From Bordetella parapertussis (GTDB lineage Bacteria; Pseudomonadota; Gammaproteobacteria; Burkholderiales; SG8-41), in assembly GCA_945864585.1 (NCBI GenBank), contig CAMBCF010000008.1:5689-69688 (forward strand): a stretch of DNA of 64,000 bases. The letters run 5' to 3'. A program made the position numbers and the translations under genes. The notes below the pieces were generated by a model, which was not told where the DNA came from, did not search any database, and saw nothing but the letters and a program-made list of their open reading frames with translations. This document shows, piece by piece, positions 59,476 through 64,000 of the stretch (within the stretch, counting starts at the first letter, position 1; each line of letters starts with the position of its first letter).

Positions 59476-59554
59476 GCAGGTCGGAACCACTGCGCCCTTC
59501 AACAAGCTCAGAGCCTGCCCCGGACTCGATCCGGGGACAGCCGTTCCGGCCTGC
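59476..59554. repeat. Nested REP-like palindromic element
   Basis: Outer stem GCAGGTCGGAAC/GTTCCGGCCTGC enclosing CCCTTCAACAAGCTCAG and CCCCGGA-CTCGA-TCCGGGG. Confidence 0.65.
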
Positions 59555-59565
59555 ATCATGCCGCG

Positions 59566-61656
59566 TTAGCGAAACGCATACCCCACATTGATCGTGGCAT
59601 TACGCTCCGGCAATGGATAAACGTTGTATCGATCCGCCACAAACTGGCTGCGCACGGCGTAGTTGTAATAACTTTTGCCGAACAGATTATTCACTGCGCC
59701 GCCGATGGTCCACGGCCCGTTGCGATACAGCAGCTTTAAATCAACCACGGTGTAGGCGGGGATTTTCGTGCCCAGCGTGTTGCCTTCATCGTTGTCCATA
59801 AATTGCGTACTGACATGATTGGCGACGGCGCTCAAGCGTGTGTTCGCGTTTATGGCCCACGCCGCGTTGACCGACAGTTTGTTGCGCGGCACCAGCGGCA
59901 CCGTTCTGCCGGCGAGTTGCACGTTCAGTTGCGAGAACGCGCTGCCCGGCAACACGCCTTCGCGGAATTTGGCGTCGATGTAACTGTACGCAGCGCCCAC
60001 TGTGACAGACGGCAACGCCTGCCATTGCCCGTCCAGTTCCAGCCCGCGACGGCGAGACGGCGGCAAATTGGTGTTGCCGATGCCGGTGCTGAATGCATCA
60101 AGGTGAATTTCATCGCGCACCTCCATCGTGAACAGCGAAGCGCGCAGCCGCCCGCCGCTACCGCGTGTCGCAAAGCCCAGTTCGTGCGTGCGTGTTTTTT
60201 GCGGGCGCAAAAACTGAAACTGATTGGTAAAAGCGGGAGAGGTTTCGTAAATTTCATCGACATTGGCAAAGCGGAAACTGCTGCCGGTCTTTGCGCTGAG
60301 TGACGTTTGCGCGGCAAGTTGGTAGCGCACACCGAGTTCGTATGCCCGGCCAACTTCCTTTTGCGATCCCGCAGGCGCACCCGATCCAAACGCGCCACCG
60401 GGCGCGGTGGCGTCATAGCGGTCGATGGCATCGATACTGAGCCGTTCATGACGCGCCCCGGCCGTAAGTGCAATGCGTTCGGTAAGTTGCAGCGTATCCT
60501 GCGCGTAGACGGCGATGTTGTGTTGCGCCGCCTCAATGGTGTTGGCCGGGCGGCTGATGTTGCCGGGGGCATTGGCGATGAGCAGCCGGTAATCCCAGCG
60601 ATACCAGTCGATGCCGGTCACCAACGCGTTGGCATGTCCCGCCAGCGGCAGGGTAATCTTCACTCGGGGTGTCAACGACCACACATTGACATCGGTCGCG
60701 CGGTAGTTGGGAAAGCCGCCAAAGTCAAAATACGAGGTTTGCGCTTTGCCGCGCCAGCCGCCGCTTAAATTTACTTCGCCAAAACCGGTGGTGATGCGCC
60801 AATCGAGAACGGCACGGTCGCCATCGCGGGTGGCGTAGTCGAGTGGTGTTTGCGCACCACGTCTGTCGGTGACGAATTGATTCACGCCGGCGCTCGGCTG
60901 TATCTGGCGCGCGCCAGGCAGGCGTATGCCTTGCCGGTCTGCTGCAAGTTTGAAAGTCAGCTCCCCTGCGCTCGTGATCCAGTAAACATCCGCCAGCAGA
61001 TTGCTCTGGCGGTTATGGTTGTTATCGCGATAACCGCCGGATTGCAGGTTGCCCGCCTGCAGATTAAAACCCGCGTTGGCGCCGGCATAGGTGCCGGAAA
61101 GTTGCACCTCGTGTGTGTCGTAGGCGCCGTAGCGCGCGTCAAGTGTCACGCCGCTGTTGCGCGCCGCCGCCGTGCGCGTGATGATGTTGATCACACCCGC
61201 CGTCGCACCGTCGCCGTACAGTACCGCGCCGCTGCCGCGCACGATTTCAATACGATCAATCGCCGCCAGCGGTACGGTAGACCATTGCACACCCGACAAA
61301 TCAATGTCGGTTACGCGCCGGCCATCGACGAGTATCAGCGTGTTTTGCGAGCCGCTGGCGCCGAAGCCGCGCATATCAACCGTGGTGCTGGCGGCGTTAT
61401 TGCCGAATAAATCGCTCACGTTGATGCCCGCTTGTTGCGCCAGTAAATCGGGCACGGTTTTAGCGGCGCTGTTGCGGATGTCTTCGGTAGTGATCACCGT
61501 GACGCCCGGCAACGACAGGCTGGTTGTATCCGGAAAACGTGTGGTGGTAACTATAACCGGCGGCCCGACGGCGACCGAAGGTTCGGCGGCATGCGCCGCC
61601 GGTGTTGAAGCGATAGCCGCAGCAATTGCTGCGGCAAGCGTTGTAGTGCTTTTCAT
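59566..61656 (-). CDS. btuB: TonB-dependent receptor, probable vitamin B12 transporter
   Basis: Signal peptide, VIVTTTR TonB box, IDRIEIVRGSGAVLYGDGA plug motif; downstream of a cobalamin riboswitch. Confidence 0.85.
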   Translation of the reverse strand: MKSTTTLAAAIAAAIASTPAAHAAEPSVAVGPPVIVTTTRFPDTTSLSLPGVTVITTEDIRNSAAKTVPDLLAQQAGINVSDLFGNNAASTTVDMRGFGASGSQNTLILVDGRRVTDIDLSGVQWSTVPLAAIDRIEIVRGSGAVLYGDGATAGVINIITRTAAARNSGVTLDARYGAYDTHEVQLSGTYAGANAGFNLQAGNLQSGGYRDNNHNRQSNLLADVYWITSAGELTFKLAADRQGIRLPGARQIQPSAGVNQFVTDRRGAQTPLDYATRDGDRAVLDWRITTGFGEVNLSGGWRGKAQTSYFDFGGFPNYRATDVNVWSLTPRVKITLPLAGHANALVTGIDWYRWDYRLLIANAPGNISRPANTIEAAQHNIAVYAQDTLQLTERIALTAGARHERLSIDAIDRYDATAPGGAFGSGAPAGSQKEVGRAYELGVRYQLAAQTSLSAKTGSSFRFANVDEIYETSPAFTNQFQFLRPQKTRTHELGFATRGSGGRLRASLFTMEVRDEIHLDAFSTGIGNTNLPPSRRRGLELDGQWQALPSVTVGAAYSYIDAKFREGVLPGSAFSQLNVQLAGRTVPLVPRNKLSVNAAWAINANTRLSAVANHVSTQFMDNDEGNTLGTKIPAYTVVDLKLLYRNGPWTIGGAVNNLFGKSYYNYAVRSQFVADRYNVYPLPERNATINVGYAFR

Positions 61657-61796
61657 AAGTTCCCCAAATGGTTGTGCGCGCCCGCCGCGCGCTAAAGCGC
61701 ATCGGAAAACACCATGGGGAATTGACGATAGACAAAAGAGTGCCGCGATCACATGGATCAGGCACACCGCATCCCCGCGGCATTTCCATCCTTCGA

Positions 61797-62032
61797 CAGG
61801 GGCCGGTATACGGGCTCATGAACTAAACGTGCCGCCTTCCCATGAGTTTTATTTCGCGCACTCACAGTGGCTTGCTGGCACATCGTCGCAGCGTAGCGTG
61901 CGCGCTGCGTTCACTTACCGTTGCGGGGGCAGCATCGGCTTTGAGATTGTAAGTATTTGTTTTTAAATACTTTTCTCGCACCGGTTTCCCGTTTAACCGC
62001 CTCTCTTTGGGGATCGGCGGCACCCTCTACCG
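61797..62032 (-). ncRNA. Cobalamin riboswitch
   Basis: Minus strand GGTGCC..., AAACGGGAAACCGGTG, CTGCCCCCGCAACGGTAA, GCCACTG, GGGAAGGC, B12-box GAGCCCGTATACCGGCC. Confidence 0.93.
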
Positions 62033-62193
62033 TGTACGCGCAACGTTCGCTGACGGTAAGCGTGTTGCACGGACGGCCCAATGTTAGCACGCACTTTGGC
62101 TAACAAGCAGCGCCGCACACAACTGCCAAATCACATTCACTTTTCACGCTTAGTAGTTGACTTGATGGATTTTTTACAACTATAGTGCGCGCT

Positions 62194-62394
62194 ATGGAAG
62201 CGGAACTGCAATCACTCGAGGACAAGTTGGCACTGCTGGTAAAGCTGAGCCAACAGTTGCGCCTGGAAAACCACCAATTGCGCCAGGATGTCGTCACCGC
62301 GCTTGATGCCAATCGCCGGCTCGAAAACAAAATCGGCGGCGCCACCGCGCGCCTCGAAGCGCTGCTGCAACAAATTCCCGAAGACGCAACCTGA
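62194..62394 (+). CDS. ZapB-like coiled-coil protein
   Basis: LQSLEDKL..LRLENHQLRQ..RLEALLQQIPE; upstream of zapA. Confidence 0.8.
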   Translation: MEAELQSLEDKLALLVKLSQQLRLENHQLRQDVVTALDANRRLENKIGGATARLEALLQQIPEDAT

Positions 62395-62401
62395 GCGCGG
62401 C

Positions 62402-62728
62402 ATGAGCGAAGCCAAGGGTATGAAAGACGCCAAGGGCCTGCAGATCTCCATCATGGGGCGTAATTTTCGCGTCGCCTGCAAGGATGAAGAACAGACCGGC
62501 CTGCTCGAAGCCGTCGATTACCTGAACCGCCGCATGCAGGACATTCGCGACCAAGGCAAGATTGTGGGGCTTGAACGCATCGCCATCATGGCCGCGCTCA
62601 ACATCACCCATGAATTTCTCGGCGCCAAGGTGGGCGGTGATTTTGACATCGCCGGCTTCAAGCGTAGAATGGTCGGCATGGAAGCGGTGATCGATCAGGC
62701 GCTGTCGGAACAGAGCAAATTGTTCTAA
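62402..62728 (+). CDS. zapA: Cell division protein ZapA
   Basis: ISIMGRNFRVAC, ERIAIMAALNITHE. Confidence 0.92.
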   Translation: MSEAKGMKDAKGLQISIMGRNFRVACKDEEQTGLLEAVDYLNRRMQDIRDQGKIVGLERIAIMAALNITHEFLGAKVGGDFDIAGFKRRMVGMEAVIDQALSEQSKLF

Positions 62729-62753
62729 AGCGTGATCGTTTCTGCCGCCCGGA

Positions 62754-62931
62754 AATTCCCCTGCGGTGTTCGTTAAGGCCTTAATTTCTTTGAGCCAATA
62801 AGTGGTATACGGTTGCTGACCCTAGTGATACCGGTGTGAGCGTCCCACGCGGACGAACCTGAAGGAATCCGGAAGGCGACCCCTTGAACCTTTGGTTCAA
62901 GAAACGGGCCTGACGGCACAGGCGGGGGAAC
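62754..62931 (+). ncRNA. ssrS: 6S RNA
   Basis: TTCCCCTGCGGTGTTCG... 5' arm pairs with ...CGGCACAGGCGGGGGAA; CTTGAACC...GGTTCAAG internal motif; directly after zapA. Confidence 0.9.
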
Positions 62932-62940
62932 CTTATGTAG

Positions 62941-62967
62941 AAAATGCGGCTTGGCCGCATTTTTTTT
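62941..62967 (+). terminator. Intrinsic terminator after 6S RNA
   Basis: AAAATGCGGC-TTG-GCCGCATTTTTTTT. Confidence 0.8.
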
Positions 62968-62977
62968 GGGGACAAGC

Positions 62978-63427
62978 ATGCGTTACTGGTTGATGAAAAG
63001 CGAGCCGGATGCCTACAGCATCGACCAACTCGCTAAAGACAAAACTGCCCCATGGACCGGCGTGCGCAACTATCAGGCGCGCAACTTCATGCGCGATCAG
63101 ATGACCAAGGGCGACAAGGTGCTGTTCTATCATTCGAGTTGCGAGCAGCCCGGCATAGTCGGCATCGCTGAGGTTTGCAAACTCGCCTACCCCGACGAAA
63201 CGCAGTTTGATCGCAAGAGCAAATACTACGACCAAAAATCCACGCGCGACAATCCGCGCTGGCTGCATGTAGACGTAAAGTTCGTCAGGAAAACCCGGCT
63301 CATCAGCCTGCCCGAACTGCGCGAAAACAAGGCGCTCGCCAGCCTGCGCATACTGGCTCGCGGCAACCGGTTGTCGATTACCCCGGTCGATCCGGCGGAG
63401 TGGGAAACGATTTTGAATCTGCTGTAG
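62978..63427 (+). CDS. EVE domain protein
   Basis: YWLMKSEP, WTGVRNYQARN, FYHS, RLSITPV. Confidence 0.93.
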   Translation: MRYWLMKSEPDAYSIDQLAKDKTAPWTGVRNYQARNFMRDQMTKGDKVLFYHSSCEQPGIVGIAEVCKLAYPDETQFDRKSKYYDQKSTRDNPRWLHVDVKFVRKTRLISLPELRENKALASLRILARGNRLSITPVDPAEWETILNLL

Positions 63428-63437
63428 AGAAAACCCC

Positions 63438-64000
63438 ATGCCACCCATCAAAACCATCGATACCCACGCGCACTACTTCCCGCAATCCTACATCGACCTC
63501 ATCGCCCAATACGGCAAACGTTGCGGCGCCACGGTAACGGTGGACGACAAGGGCGTGACATTTATTCAGGTGGGTCTGTCGCTGCGCACCGGCCCCATCA
63601 CGCGCACGTTTATCGATCTCGACGAACGCCTGAAAATCATGGACAGCCAGGGCGTGGGCATGCACGCGCTGTCGCTCACGCAACCGATGGTGTATTGGGC
63701 CGACGATGATTTGGGCATGCAACTGTGCGTGGCGTTTAACGATGCGCTCAGCGCCGCACACCTGGCACAGCCGGATCGTTTGATCGGCTTTGCCTGCCTG
63801 CCAATGCAAAACCCGACGCTCGCGGCACAGGAACTCGAGCGCGCGGCAAAATTGCCCGGCATCAAGGGCATGTACATGGCCACGGCGGTGCGCGATCGCG
63901 AACTTTCCGACCGCAGCTTTTTTCCGGTGTACGAACGCTGTGAAGCGCTGGGGCTGCCGATATTTTTGCATCCGATGATGATCAACAACGAGCGGCTGAA
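63438..64000 (+). CDS. Amidohydrolase family 2 protein (ACMSD-like), 3' truncated by window
   Basis: IDTHAHY (HxH), MDSQGV, FNDAL, LPIFLHP. Confidence 0.85.
   Translation, partial: MPPIKTIDTHAHYFPQSYIDLIAQYGKRCGATVTVDDKGVTFIQVGLSLRTGPITRTFIDLDERLKIMDSQGVGMHALSLTQPMVYWADDDLGMQLCVAFNDALSAAHLAQPDRLIGFACLPMQNPTLAAQELERAAKLPGIKGMYMATAVRDRELSDRSFFPVYERCEALGLPIFLHPMMINNERL

Overview
A GC-rich, mostly housekeeping chromosomal segment. Gene order (dacA-dat-ybeD-lipBA, argB-slmA, gpmI/rhodanese-grxC-secB-gpsA, comF/bioBFHCD, cox-SURF1-ctaA-cyoE-SCO-rpoH, btuB/zapA-ssrS-EVE) points to a betaproteobacterium. It also contains an LPS core / cell-surface modification cluster next to msbA, a Phd-VapC toxin-antitoxin pair, a cobalamin riboswitch, 6S RNA and several decayed accessory remnants. 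Main observations: (1) grxC, missed by the ORF track, has an in-frame TGA exactly at the catalytic Cys (UPYC) followed by a SECIS-like hairpin, so it is a candidate selenocysteine glutaredoxin; (2) an operon couples an FdtA/FdtB/FdhC-like amino-sugar pathway, a GtrB/GtrA/ArnT-like lipid-carrier transfer route and two tandem MBOAT + Cys-rich SGNH acylation modules; (3) short tandem and inverted repeats (7-13 bp units) sit repeatedly on gene boundaries, supply start/stop codons and are translated into protein termini; (4) a candidate sRNA with an anti-Shine-Dalgarno loop; (5) a CIRCE overlapping a sigmaE-like promoter upstream of rpoH; (6) a UPF0158-GNAT fusion. All product calls come from motif recognition and synteny, not database searches.
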